A stretch of 64,000 nucleotides of DNA from the human T2T-CHM13v2.0 reference genome, Homo sapiens. Shown one piece after another: positions 14,654 to 26,440 of the stretch; the first letter of the stretch is position 1; each line of letters starts with the position of its first letter. Below the pieces are notes generated by a model. That model ran no database searches and was not told where the DNA came from. It was given only the letters and a program-made list of their open reading frames with translations. The stretch lies in the NCBI RefSeq assembly GCF_009914755.1, contig NC_060927.1; one strand, 5' to 3'. A program made the translations under genes and the position numbers.

Positions 14654-15024
14654 ACTTTTCTTTGATTCTGTGTACATAATGTACACATAAGGTTTTTTTC
14701 TTCATTTGATTTCAAGATTTTTTCTTGATATCAGTTTTTGGGTACTTGATTTTAGTGAGAGGTTTTCTTTGTTTATTCACCTCTGGATTTATTGAGCTTC
14801 TTGGTTATGTGGGTTATAGTCTTTATATTTATTAATTTTTCAATCATTATTATTTTTTGCTTCTACCCCTCTGCCCAGAACTTCGATTACATGTATTAAC
14901 CCAGTTGATCTTGTTCATAAGTCATTGAGTTTCTGTTCATCATTTTAAAAACCAATCTTTAATTAATTTTGGATAATGTAAATGTAGCCATGTTCATTAA
15001 TCTTTTCTTCTGTAGTGTCTAGTT

Positions 15025-15240
15025 CAAGGATAAGCAAATTTTTTTCTATAAAAGATCAGATAGTAAATATTTTATGCTTTGTGGACCAGATGGTCTGTTA
15101 CAATCACACAACTCTCCTAATGTATCACAAACACATGCATAGACAATACACCAAAAAATGAGTGTGCCAGTAAAACTTTATTTATGACAACAAGCTACGG
15201 TCTGGGATTAGGTCTATCGGCCATAGTTTGCTGAACTCTG
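15025..15240 (-). mobile_element. MER58 (hAT-Charlie MITE)
   Basis: Decayed TIRs. 8-bp TSD gtctagtt (15017-15024) / gtctagtc (15241-15248). Confidence 0.8.
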
Positions 15241-16797
15241 GTCTAGTCCACTGTTAATTCCATCACATGTGAATTTTTAATTTTAAACATCTTCATTTCT
15301 AGAAATTTCATTTGATTTAAAAAAATATTTGATATTTCCTCTTTCATTATGCATGTTTTTAAAAATACTTGAATAAAATTATGATAGCTGATTGAAAATC
15401 CTTGATTGCTAATTCTATTACCTCCTCATTTCTAAGTCTGTTTCTGTTTAGTAATTTTCCAAAAACTGCTTATGGGTCCTATTTTCCTTTTTCATGACAA
15501 TTCTAGTAATTTTTGATTGAATGCTGGGTATTGTAAAAATTATATTGTGGAGCATCTGAATTTTCTTCCTTTAAAGAATGTGTAATTTGTTACGGTTGAC
15601 AGTCAAGTTACTTGTTGCTCATAGTGATCCTTTCAAAGACTGTCTTTAAGCGTTGTTAGGGTGGGTTTAGGATCACCTTTTAGGGTCTCTGCCTAAACCC
15701 CAAGGGATCAACAACATCTTTTGACTCTGATAGTTGGAAAATCAAATGAATGCTAACCCTATGCGAATGCTGGGATCTGTTCAGCTCACAGTTTCAGAGT
15801 TGCTTTTTGCTTAGCCTCATGGAGTTTTGTCCTCACATCTATGACTTAGTATTCAGCAAAGACTGGAGGGTTTCCCTCTTCAGATTTCTGGATTCTTTGC
15901 CCTGCAGTGTCTAGCCACCTCAGACTCCCTACATTCCAGACTGTTTCCTCAGCTCAGTGAGACCTTTGTGTTCTGCTTGGCGCCCCCACTCTCTGCTTCA
16001 CGTTTCAGAATGAACCTCCAGGCAGAAAGCTGGGGCAGTCGTGAAGCTCACTTGGTTTGAGAGAAGGGAGCCCATCTCTCAGGCATTACAGTCTTCACTG
16101 TCTGTCGTTGAATACTAGAAATATTTGTTTTATATTTTTCCCCAGTTTTCAAGTTGTTTAAGGCAGGAGGATAAATTTGGTCCATTTTATTTCATCATTG
16201 CCAGAAGTAGAAGGCAGTCGTCACCTTTTTAAAGGTGATCATTTATAAACAGGCCGAAAAATGCAGTTCTGTAGGATTAAAGGGAAATTTCAGTTTGAGT
16301 TTTTAAAAGTGAGACAGTTAATAGGTTATGTAGGTAAGAGGGCACTTTGCTTCTGTGCAAACACCACAGAGTATGCTGCTGAGTTGCTCTGATTAACCCT
16401 AAATTTGTGAATTTAAGCTTATAAATTAAATTCTCTATAATGTATTTATCAAGTGCCAGGACAGAGCTATTATGGTTTTTCTATGCTTTGCATTGGCTTC
16501 TGCAAATTAAGTTTCATTTCCCTTTTGACCACAAAGAAGATGGCCCTATTCAAGACTTCCTCGTTCATAATGCCTCAGTTTGTTATCCCTCCCTCTTCCC
16601 TCTTCTTCCTGTACTTCCTGCTTCTCAGTAATGATAGTTGTTCTTGTGATCTAGTAGAGTGGAAAGAGCGTAGTATCTGAATAAGAAACCAGACGTTGTA
16701 ATTCTGGAGCCACATCTGACTCTGTGACTTGGGATGAGACACTCCAGCCCTCAGCATCTGCTTCATATTCCTTATTTATATAATTGGCACGGCCATC

Positions 16798-16818
16798 TGT
16801 GTGTGTGTGTGTGTGTGT
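16798..16818. repeat. (TG)n microsatellite
   Basis: About 10 TG units. Confidence 0.9.
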
Positions 16819-17111
16819 ATGGATTCAAATATTTTAAAAAGGATGTGAGAACTCTTTGGAAACCATAATACATGCTGTGAGTGTAAGGTGTTTTTGAGGT
16901 CACTGTGAATTTCCTCACTGAGACTCAACCTAACAATGGAAATGTCTTCTTGTCCCACTAAACGCTCCTGCAGAAATACCCAGCTTCTGCTTGGATTGAG
17001 AACTGTCACTTTCTGACACTTCTTCCTTATATTGTATTGATACAAGGTTTCGGGCAGTTTCTGCTTTTTGTGATAGCTGTGCTGTTGGATCTCACACTTG
17101 CTCTATCAATC

Positions 17112-17954
17112 TGTATCTGTAACCAGGAGACAGAAATCACGTAGTAATTTGAATAACTAAAGTTCAATATAAGAAATTATTAACCATAGTGGAATTGGAG
17201 TAATGAAGGATTGGCTAGTAAGAAGTAGAACTCTAAAGAAGATAGGAATAGATAATAAGATACAGCTAGGTGTGCTGGCGCATACCTGTAGTGCCAGCTA
17301 CTAGGAGGCCAAGGTGGGAGGGTCACTTGAGCCTAGGAGTTCAAGACCAGCCTAGGCAACATAGTGAAGCCCCCAACTCAAAAAAAAAAAAAAAAAGAGA
17401 GACAAGAAAGTACCCTTAGGGCTGAGATAGAGCACTTGAGGAAGACATCGTCCCGGGGCTGAGATCCAGATCTTGTTGCACAGAGCTTGACTGTGGTTCA
17501 CTGAATGGCATAGAAATTGTTTTTGTGTCATGAGGATGGTGGGGAAGTCTCTCTGGTCCTGTGCTGGTAGAACTTGCTGGAAACCTATCCTCTGGAATTT
17601 GCCAGAAATCCGCCCTCTAGGGTGCCAAGGGAAGATGTGGGAGATATCTCACTGGAGGCGCTCCATTTAGAAACTCCCCGAGGTGTAGGAGGTGGGGATG
17701 CTGGAGAAAGTGCTGGCCAGTGGGTGCTGTTGTCCACAGGCACTGTAGGAGCTGGCCCTGGAGAAGGCAGGTACACTGCAGGAGTGTGCTGAGTGAGCAC
17801 AGTACAACCAGGAACAAAATGCTTTCTTCCTGTTAAAGCGTCACACTTTGCCAGTTGACAAAGGAAGAATATTTATAAGGCCCACATTCGTTTCACAGAA
17901 CAAGCAAACAGGGTGTACTTGGAATGGAGAGGTAATCAGTGTATAACTGGTACA
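17112..17954 (-). mobile_element. ERV-L class LTR (LTR41/LTR52-like), interrupted by a FLAM
   Basis: TG...CA-type ends. On the minus strand it starts tgtaccagtta and lies directly downstream of ERVL internal sequence. The subfamily call is tentative. Confidence 0.55.
17265..17400 (+). mobile_element. FLAM / Alu monomer
   Basis: Single Alu monomer ending in poly-A. Confidence 0.85.
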
Positions 17955-18329
17955 CCTCATGGCTACTCAGCTTCCATACGTCCCTTTTGTGTGAACTCCT
18001 GTGTGTCATAACAACTGTCTCTACCTAGCAAGATGCAGCTAACTTGGTTACAAGTGAAGAAGTTATCACCATTCCCCAAAATGAGGAGACACACAGTGCC
18101 AAGAGTCACCATACTCCTTGCTGGCTATCTTAATTACTCCTCAAATTCATCACACTCCTGTGGAATAGTCTGTTATCTACACACTAAATTGTACTTCAGT
18201 AAGTTAACTATGTTAATTTCCCACAACTTGTGTAGAAGATCAAAATGGGAAGGAGAGAGAAGAAAATGACTAACACATTTAAATAAGATGCAAAGATAAC
18301 AGGCAAATAGAAAATATGCAAAGTTGCTG

Positions 18330-19130
18330 CAGCCTTCATTTTTTAAATTGGTCACCAGACCATCATTGACATCCGTGGCTTCATTTTTTCCACTATCTAT
18401 TTTATGTGTCCCCTGCTCTCAGCCCCATCACCTGCTGTTCAGGCTTCTTCACCTGGTAGAGGGACCCAAACCTTCCTTCCTCAGGGGTTCAAATCTTCAG
18501 TTCTCCTGCCTGGTTTTGGTTGCTGTAATTCTCTATTAACCTTTACTAGAAGCCATGGAAATAATAAGAGATGCACCAGAGGATCACCCGGGTTCCAGAC
18601 CTGGCCTCTTTGCCTAGATTGGGTAGAAGCAACCCGGTTGCCCTGTGCTAATCATAAGCAATCACAACAGACAGTAGATTAACCCACCCTTTCCTGCCTG
18701 TTGGTTTGGTGACATAATGGGACCAAAGTGTCCAGGTGCTCATCCCGTGTTTAAATTCGGTGGAACCACTGCTTTATAGCCTGGTGGAAGAATCCCCATT
18801 TCCTCCCTTGGGGACCAAGATCTCCAAACCAGTGGGCTTAAAGTTGCTGAGACAGGAATGAAATATTCTGTGCATTGTTTATTAGCGAGAGGAGCCACCC
18901 TCACTTTCACCCTTTGAATTCTGGACCCACATATTGTAGCTGTGAGAGAGGCTGCACCATATATGGGTTTCTGGTCCAAAGCATATGCTGCATTCTATGA
19001 AACAGAATTCTACTCTTCAGGTTATTTTGTTCCAACTGGCGCTGTAACTTGGGTCTTTTGGAAGCCTTTCTACTTTTCAGTTAGGGCAGCCACTTCTGGG
19101 TGACAAGGAAATGTCAAACTCCTCCTTGGC
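18330..19130 (-). mobile_element. ERV-L internal fossil: integrase 3' part and dUTPase region, decayed
   Basis: Minus-strand translations across frameshifts give DQKPIYGA, PGHFGPIMSPNQQAGKG, VWNPGDPLVHLLLFP, VKVNRELQQPKPGR and KVWVPLPG, matching HERV-L/ERVL pol-dUTPase motifs as I recall them. Confidence 0.85.
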
Positions 19131-20589
19131 AGTTCTTTTTTGACACTGTATCGATAGCAGGTTTGCTGCAGTTTCTGTATTTTTGTTACAGCTGGCCTGT
19201 CAGTTCTCATACTTACCTGCTTTCCAGTATGACTTGATGTGTGACATCAGGTAAATCCTTTCCTCTCTGTGGACCTTTGAGTCTCCACGGAAGAGTGGGA
19301 GGTTTAGACTTGATGATCCTTGGGAAACTTTCCCCTTCTAAAGCATTCTTGCTCCAGTGACCCTGCAGGGTGAGGGTGAGCTCAGTTGGGATGGTGCAGG
19401 TGAAGTGAATTGTGAATGCTAAGGGCTGTGCACGTAGCAGGGTTGAGGTATGATGTGTTCTTCTCACTATCAGTGGTTGTGATCAGCGTTCGACTTTGAA
19501 CCTACCTGGAGCTGAAGAAAGGGTACCGGCCCCCCGGTTCATATCATCATGTCTCTGTTTCAGGACCCCTAGAGGCAGTGCTCATTCTGTGGAGGTGGGG
19601 GAAGGGACAACATTGTGGAGAGAAGGCTAGAAAAGGAATGAGGAAGAGGTTGACATTCCCAGTCTGTGTCTTCCTGTCCCCTCTTTCTCTGCTCTCCCTC
19701 ACAGAGGCTCACACGCACATTCTGTCTCTCTGCCATCCAAACAGATGCAGCTGCTCTGGAGTCAACCAGACTTAACGAGGAGACAACTCTTCTGCTTTCT
19801 TCCGTCTTCTTCCTACCCACCCCCTGACCTAATGCTGTGCTTGCCTGTTACAGCAGGCCTAGGAGGAAATGCACTATGCCTTCCCTGTTTTTGTTTTGTG
19901 TGTGTTTTGAGATGCAGACCTAAAAATATTCTGCTGTATAATCGGTTATCCAATCAGCCATGCGAATAATCACTGTGCCAGAGCCTATAGGAAATGAGGC
20001 AGGAGCCTGAAACTCAGAAGCATGCCAGCTTTGCCTTGCCTTTTTTTCTTTTTTTTTTTAAATGTGCTCCCTTGGGATCTGGGTTTGAGGGTTGAGATAG
20101 GAGGATATGCTGGGTGGGTTTCCATGGAGGCAGGTGCAGGACACTGATGGTATGTCTCCCTGGTGGGTTGAGGGGAAAGAATGGTTGGTGTCACAGTAGG
20201 AGTTTTGCACGTAGTTGAGGCAGTTTGACTTATGCCTCTTGAACCTCTATTCCCTCCTCTGGGCCTTGCTTCCAGATGCTGCCTCCCTCCCCCAGCACAC
20301 CTGCCTGGAATGTTCTCTCTCCTCCTCTCTGCTTTTCCAAGTCCTGCCGATCCCCTGAGGTCTAGCCCTCTATGTTGTCAGCAGGACCAACCATTCATAG
20401 CGGCTGTTGTCTCACGATACTCACTGTTGATAGCAGAAGCATCCAGCTCCCATACCTCTGTGTAGGGCTTGTGTTTCCAGAGTCACTGTGTGCTCTCCTC
20501 TCCACTGTCTCCCCCAATTCTCTCCAAAGCCCTCCGATGTCAGTGGGTGGGGTGGAGGTAGTGAGGGGAGGCAGGAGGAGGTAGGTAGT

Positions 20590-20830
20590 TTAGTGTTTAG
20601 GCTAAGAGCACAGGTCTTGGAGTGACAGATTTGCTACTTCCATGTAACCTCTGTTAAATTCTTTACCTTCTAAGCCTCAGTTTCCTCATCTGTGAAGCAC
20701 TGAAAGTAGTATTTTCAGTTTCATAAACCCTAGGGTTTAGGGGTGTTATGACAATTAAGTGACGCATTGCCTGTAAAGTACTTAGCATAATGACTGGCTC
20801 CTAGGCAATGCTCAACAAACATGAGGTATG
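20590..20830 (+). mobile_element. MIR
   Basis: aagcctcagtttcctcatctgtgaa...gttatgacaattaagtga...tgtaaagtacttagca. Confidence 0.7.
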
Positions 20831-22059
20831 ACATTGTAATTATCACCATCCCACTTTACAGCTGAGGAAAAGGAAGTGTGGGGAGCATGGGCGACTTAGT
20901 TCACTTGTACAGTAATTGACTACCCAGCAAGGACTATGGGTGGTCAACTAACAGGATTATTCAGGGCTGGCTCTAAGCCCAACCAAGTGCTAGATGCTGT
21001 ACTGGAACAGTGACTCAGGCACTCAGCTAGGGACGCAGCTGGGGAGGTAGATATTTACATGTGAGCCTCAAATGTACTGGGGGAGATGGAATGGAGGCAT
21101 GTGTGCAGTGGAAAGAGCCCTGGACTTGGAGACCAAACAGAAGCCCTGTAAGGAGAGTCACTTGTCTATCATTTCCACCCTTTTGTCCCCAGCACCCAGG
21201 CCAAGCCCAGGTATGTTTTAGGTGCTCCATCAGTCTCTGCTGAAGGAATGAAGAGGAGCCCCGAGCCACAGCTCTGGCTGGGCCTCTGACCTGGGGAACC
21301 TTGAACAGCTCTTTGCATCCACCAAGTCACAGGGACCTCCTCAGTACAGGGAGGGGTTGGACCTGTAGGGACCCGCCAGCTCTTGTGGTCCCACTTGGTA
21401 GACTCGACAGCTCCTAGCAGCTGCACAGTACCCAGTGTGTGTCTTTACCTCAGTTGTGCTTTTGGAGAAGCAGTTGGAGAGGTGAGGGCATGAAGGGCTG
21501 GGCTGACGGGCACCAAGGTCGCCCAGGTGCTGGCAGTGCTGCAGACAGCATGTAGCTGTCCTCAGATGGCCCAGGTCTGGCTGGGCTCTGCAGGAACACT
21601 TCAGCTCATGGGCAGCCTGGATTTGTGCTGATGCGGAGACTTCCCTGGCAGCCACAGTTGCTGCTGTTGCTGCTGCCTGGTCAGAGTTGAGGGCTCTGAC
21701 AACAGCCACCACAGCTCGCGGTCTGTCCACTGCTCAGAAACCTCACACAAGAAAACTTCTGAGACTGCCTCTGAGGCCCTTTAGATCCTGAGAGCCCCAC
21801 ACTCACACTGCAGCCTCCCCAAATACAGCCAGAACCCACCCGCTTCTGGTTTTCCATGTGGACCATTTATTGCACCTGCCCCTCCTCTAGGCATAGCACT
21901 GCACTTTGGGCTCCACCCGGTCCTGCTCAGATGTTGTGCTCCTTAAGGAATCTCTGCTCGTTGGTCAGACTGACTGTTTTCCTCCAAGAGTGCACTAGAG
22001 TGTACTTGCTTCTGTCTGGCGCTTTATCATCTGTAAGGCAGGGCACTACAGTAGTTGAC

Positions 22060-22220
22060 GGGCTGGCTTTGCTGTTGCACAGACTGAGATTGAAATTCTG
22101 GCCCTGCTGCTCCCTAGCTGTGTGACCTCGGGCAAGTCACTTCACCTCTTTGACCTCAATATCATTATTGGTGAAATGGGGTTAATAACTCTTAGGTCCT
22201 AGGGTTTTGTGGGATGATGC
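22060..22220 (+). mobile_element. MIR
   Basis: ctagctgtgtgacctcgggcaagtcacttcacctct. Confidence 0.7.
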
Positions 22221-23544
22221 ACTTGTACCCCTTTGCAGGCAGCCCTTACCCGGCAGCCCCCACTGCCAACGTCTCTGTTGTGTTCAAGTCTGTTTCATGA
22301 GCCAGTGTAACCTCCCTCCATGCAGAAACAACGCTGTAAAGTATTAGCATAACAGTAGGTCCATTGGGCAGAAACCACACCAATAAAACGGGCACACCCC
22401 ACAGTGGCTCTGATTTCCACACCCTTCCCAACCCCGCACTCCCAAGCCTTGCCCAGGGCTTTCCATGGACTGAGCCTCAGTAGAAAGAGGTTGAATTAGA
22501 TTTTGAATTTTCTCATGCCTCCTGTCTCCTGGCCCTCAGAAAATTAAAATCCAGCATTGGAATTAGTCATGGAAAAATCCCCATTTTCTTTCCTTTCATT
22601 CCTCTGTGAAGATCATAGGTTCAGGTTATTTCTTTGAATTAATTGGCTAAGCCTCAGTGAAACATGGGTAATTTACCTGGCACTGTGAGGTGCTGGAAAT
22701 TATAACCAGTGCTCCTAAATGGATATGCAGCAACCAAGCACCTTCATGGTGCTGATGGGTTTGTCCTCACAGTGCTGGGAGATGGCTAAGCGGGTGCTGT
22801 GGCTATTACCATCCTTACTTTAGAGGACTGGGACTCAAGCCCTCATCTTGTGGCTCTAAGGTGAATGTCCTTTCCCTAACATGTCTGACCTTCTCCTTCC
22901 TCGGCATTGGGACCCTGGGTAGGAGGGCCAGTAGAAGATCCCTCAGCAGAACTTAACTGGCCACCAGTCCAGAGTGGAAGGCTGCTGCTTGTTTAAAATT
23001 TTAATCCCTTTCTTTAAGTGTGAAGAATACTGGGCAAGTGTAAAAGAAGGGAAGACATGGTCTCTTCCAACCAGAAATGTATAAACTCGCTGCAGTGCCT
23101 AGGACACATGCGTCTTTATTGAACAAATAGTTATTGAATGTCCGCTTGGTGCCTGGCCCTGTGCTAAGCATTGGTAATATGGTGGCAAAATAGAAAAGAT
23201 ACCTCTTAGGCTTCTGGCCATGGGCACAGACAGTTAACAAGGATAATCAAGTTACAGATTGTTACAAGTGCTATGAAGAAAATTTATGAAAAATTAAATA
23301 GCAATGTAAGTAGGACACACTAAAATAATACACTAAGTATCATGTATCAGCTCTGGCTGCCTCCCTCTCTTTAAAGCAGAGAAGTCCAGGCTCTCAGGGG
23401 TGCGACAGAGCCAGGACAGGTGTCTAGTGAGCGGCCTTTCCATGGGCAGTGTGTATGGAGGGGCCTGGAGGTGTGGGAGTGGCCATTTTAGAAGGGTGTT
23501 GAGATTAATTTCTACCGTTAGAACCCAGTTCTCGTCCATCTCTC

Positions 23545-23846
23545 TTTTCTTCTTCTTTGTTTTTGAGACAGGGTCTTACTCTGTCCAGGCTGGAGTGCAG
23601 TGGTGTGATCATAGCTTATTGCAGCCTTGAATTCCTGGGCTCAAGTAATCCTCCTGCCTCAGCCTGCCCAGTAGCTAGGACTACAGGCACACCAACACAC
23701 CTGGCTATATATTTTTTCTGTTTTTGTAGAGATGGGGTCTCACAGTGTTGCCCAGACTGGTCTCAAACTCTTGCGCTCAAAGGATTTCCCCTCTTGGCTT
23801 CCCAAAGTGCTGGGATTACAGGCGTGAGCCATGATTCCCCACCTGG
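23545..23846 (-). mobile_element. AluJ
   Basis: AluJ diagnostics gagacagggtct, gcagccttga and gggctcaagtaatcctcc. Confidence 0.9.
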
Positions 23847-25297
23847 TCCCTCTGTTAAAGCAGAACTCACAGAAGAAAGCCCAAAGGAACAAAATTTGTA
23901 CTTTCATGATGTGGGAACATCTCTTCCAGTTGAGAACTCTCTAAAGCATTTGCAATCATAGATTTGTGTAAGAACTTGATTTGCACCCTAAATTTTGGGA
24001 TGTATTTATTACATAAGCAGATATACCTGGATTTGCATAACAGAAAGGACTATTTTGGGGTGACTTATGACAGATCTGCTATGTGAAAGCCTCCAGGAAC
24101 TTTTAGCATCAGTTGAGATCTGGGGGAAACAGAGAGGAAGGAGCGTGCAGGCACTGAGGCCAGAGGAAGAAGGGATGTGCCTGTCCTCAGTGGCTAGCCA
24201 TGACACTGCCAGAGGAGCACTGAGAAGGGAGCAAGAAGAGCACTTCCTAAGTGGCGAGAATACCCAGCTGCAAACAAAACCTCAGACACAGCCTGAAGCT
24301 CTGTGTCCTTTTGTGCAGCCCCTTCCTTACCCCATTGAGTAGCAGCTTGGAGAAGAGCTTTTTATTACAGATGACACCTATGAATGCAAGTGAGGGAAAA
24401 GAACCGACTAAGCCAGAGCTGTGAATTCCCAGAAATCAATATGGACGGGACTGGGGATGCAGCTCCCTCAGCTTCTCTCTCCATGGCCCCTATTTGAGGC
24501 TGAATCTAGGAGGCCCTGTGTTTTTGATACAGTGTCTCACTCTTTTTCTGAGGCACTTTTCAAAATTTCTGTCCCAGTGCTAAGCCTGGGCGAGCTCCAC
24601 AGAGCTAACCTGTGTGTCCAGAGCCAGCCCTGGCTGTTTTTCCAGCTTTTCCTTATGCCAATAGTAAGATTAGGGCTGGGGACAGTGGTGGCGAGAGAGT
24701 CAAGTGTGTGTTTCTCAAAAGTTGCCTTGGGAGAGGAGTGAGGTGAAAGGAATCAAGGCAATAAGTGTAACATAGGCTTAAACATACTTGCATGAAGAAA
24801 ACAAAGGACTTAGGTATAAACAAATGTTTCTAAGACAGGGCACAAAAAGCAATCATCATAAAAGTCTGATACAGTAACTTCATCAAAATCAAAACTTGTG
24901 TTCATCAAAAGATGCTGTTAAGAAAAAGTAAGTAAGCCACTAATTGGGAGAAAATATTTGCAAAACATCTATCTGATGAAACATTTGTACGCAGGACAAA
25001 TAAAGCATCCATGCAACACAATAATAAACAAGCGAGCGATTTTTTTAAATGGGCAGAAAATTTAACAGATATTTTTAATAGAAGATATAATGGCCAAGAG
25101 GCTCATAAAAAGATGTTCAACATTATTGTTTTCAGAAAAATGCAAGTTAAAACCATAGGACATGCTACTACACACCTACCAAAGTGACTAAAATGAAAAA
25201 GCTAATAAAACTAATGTTGGTGAGGATGTAGAACAACTGGAGACTCTTAACGCATCATCGGAGGGGCTGTACAATGGTCCAGACACTTTGGGTAAAC

Positions 25298-25551
25298 TTT
25301 TTTTTTTTTTCTTTTTTTGAGACAGAGTCTCACTCTGTCACCCAGGCTGGAGTGCAGTGACACGATAATCTCAGCTCACGGCAACCTCTATCTCCTGGGT
25401 TCAGGTGAATCTCCTGCCTCAGCCTCAGCAGTAGCTGGGATCACAGGCGTAAGCCACCATGCCTAACTAATTTATGTATTTTTAATAGAGACAGGGTTTC
25501 ACCATGTTGGCCAGGCTGATCTTGAACTCCTGACCTCAAATGATATGCCCG
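25298..25551 (-). mobile_element. Alu (AluS-type), 5'-truncated
   Basis: Poly-T and Alu body ending at tgatatgccc. About the first 50 nt of the Alu are missing. Confidence 0.9.
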
Positions 25552-25685
25552 TTAGGCAGTTTCTTATAAGGCCTGTGACCCAGCAATTTTATTCGTAGGT
25601 ATTTGCCCAAGGGAAATAAAAACATGTCCACAAAAATATTTATACACAAATTATTATAGCAACTTTATTCATAATAAGAAAAATA

Positions 25686-26008
25686 ATGCGGCCATTAAAA
25701 AGAACAAGATCATGCCCTTTGCAGGGACATGGATGGAGCTAGAGGCCATTATCCTTAGCAAACTAACCCAGGAACAGAAAACCAAATACTGCATGTTCTC
25801 ACTTATAAGTGGGAGCTAAATGATGAGAACACATGGACACAGAGGGCAACAACACACACTGGGTCCTTTTGGAGGTTGGAGGGTAGGGGGCGGGAGAGGA
25901 TCAGGAAAAACAACTAATGTGTACTAGGCTTGATACCTGGGTGATGAAATAATCTGTACAAGTTTACCTGTAACAAATCTGCACTCGTACCCCTGAACTT
26001 AAAAAAAG
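25686..26008 (+). mobile_element. L1PA (older primate) 3' fragment
   Basis: tttgcagggacatggatggagctagaggccattatccttagcaaactaac...ctgaacttaaaa. Confidence 0.88.
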
Positions 26009-26149
26009 GTAGAAACAGCATAGATGTCCGTCGGGAGAATGGATAAACAAATTATGATATATTCATACAATGGAATGCTACTCAGCAAGAAAAAGGCATG
26101 AACTGTGATAGAGGGAGGTAACATAATTATGTTCAATGAAAGAAGCCTT

Positions 26150-26440
26150 TTTTTTTTTTTGAGACGGAGTCTTGCTCTGTCACCCAGGCTGCAGTGCAAT
26201 GGCTCGATCTCCGCTCACTGCAAGCTCTCTGCCTCCCGGGTTCAAGCCATTCTCCTGCCTCAGCCTCCTGCATAGCTGGCACTACAGGCGCTCGCCAACA
26301 CGTTTGGCTAATTTTTTGTATTTTTACTAGGGACGGGGTTTCACCGTGTTAACCAGGATGGTCTGGATCTGACCTCGTGATCAGCCGGTCTTGGCCTTCC
26401 GAAGTGCTGGGATTACAGGCGTGAGCCACCGCGCCCGGCC
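26150..26440 (-). mobile_element. AluY with perfect 12-bp TSD
   Basis: Diagnostics gcaagct, gccattc and caggatggtct. TSD gaaagaagcctt at 26138-26149 and 26441-26452. Confidence 0.92.

Noticed and set aside
22737-22757. REST/NRSE-like tggtgctga
   Set aside because: Only one half-site matches. The GGACAG half is absent.
23557-23961. Alu-derived ORFs (also 1637, 5031, 12498, 31044, 39572, 43165, 56161)
   Set aside because: These are typical antisense-Alu translations ([15 protein letters not shown]) with no evidence of genes.
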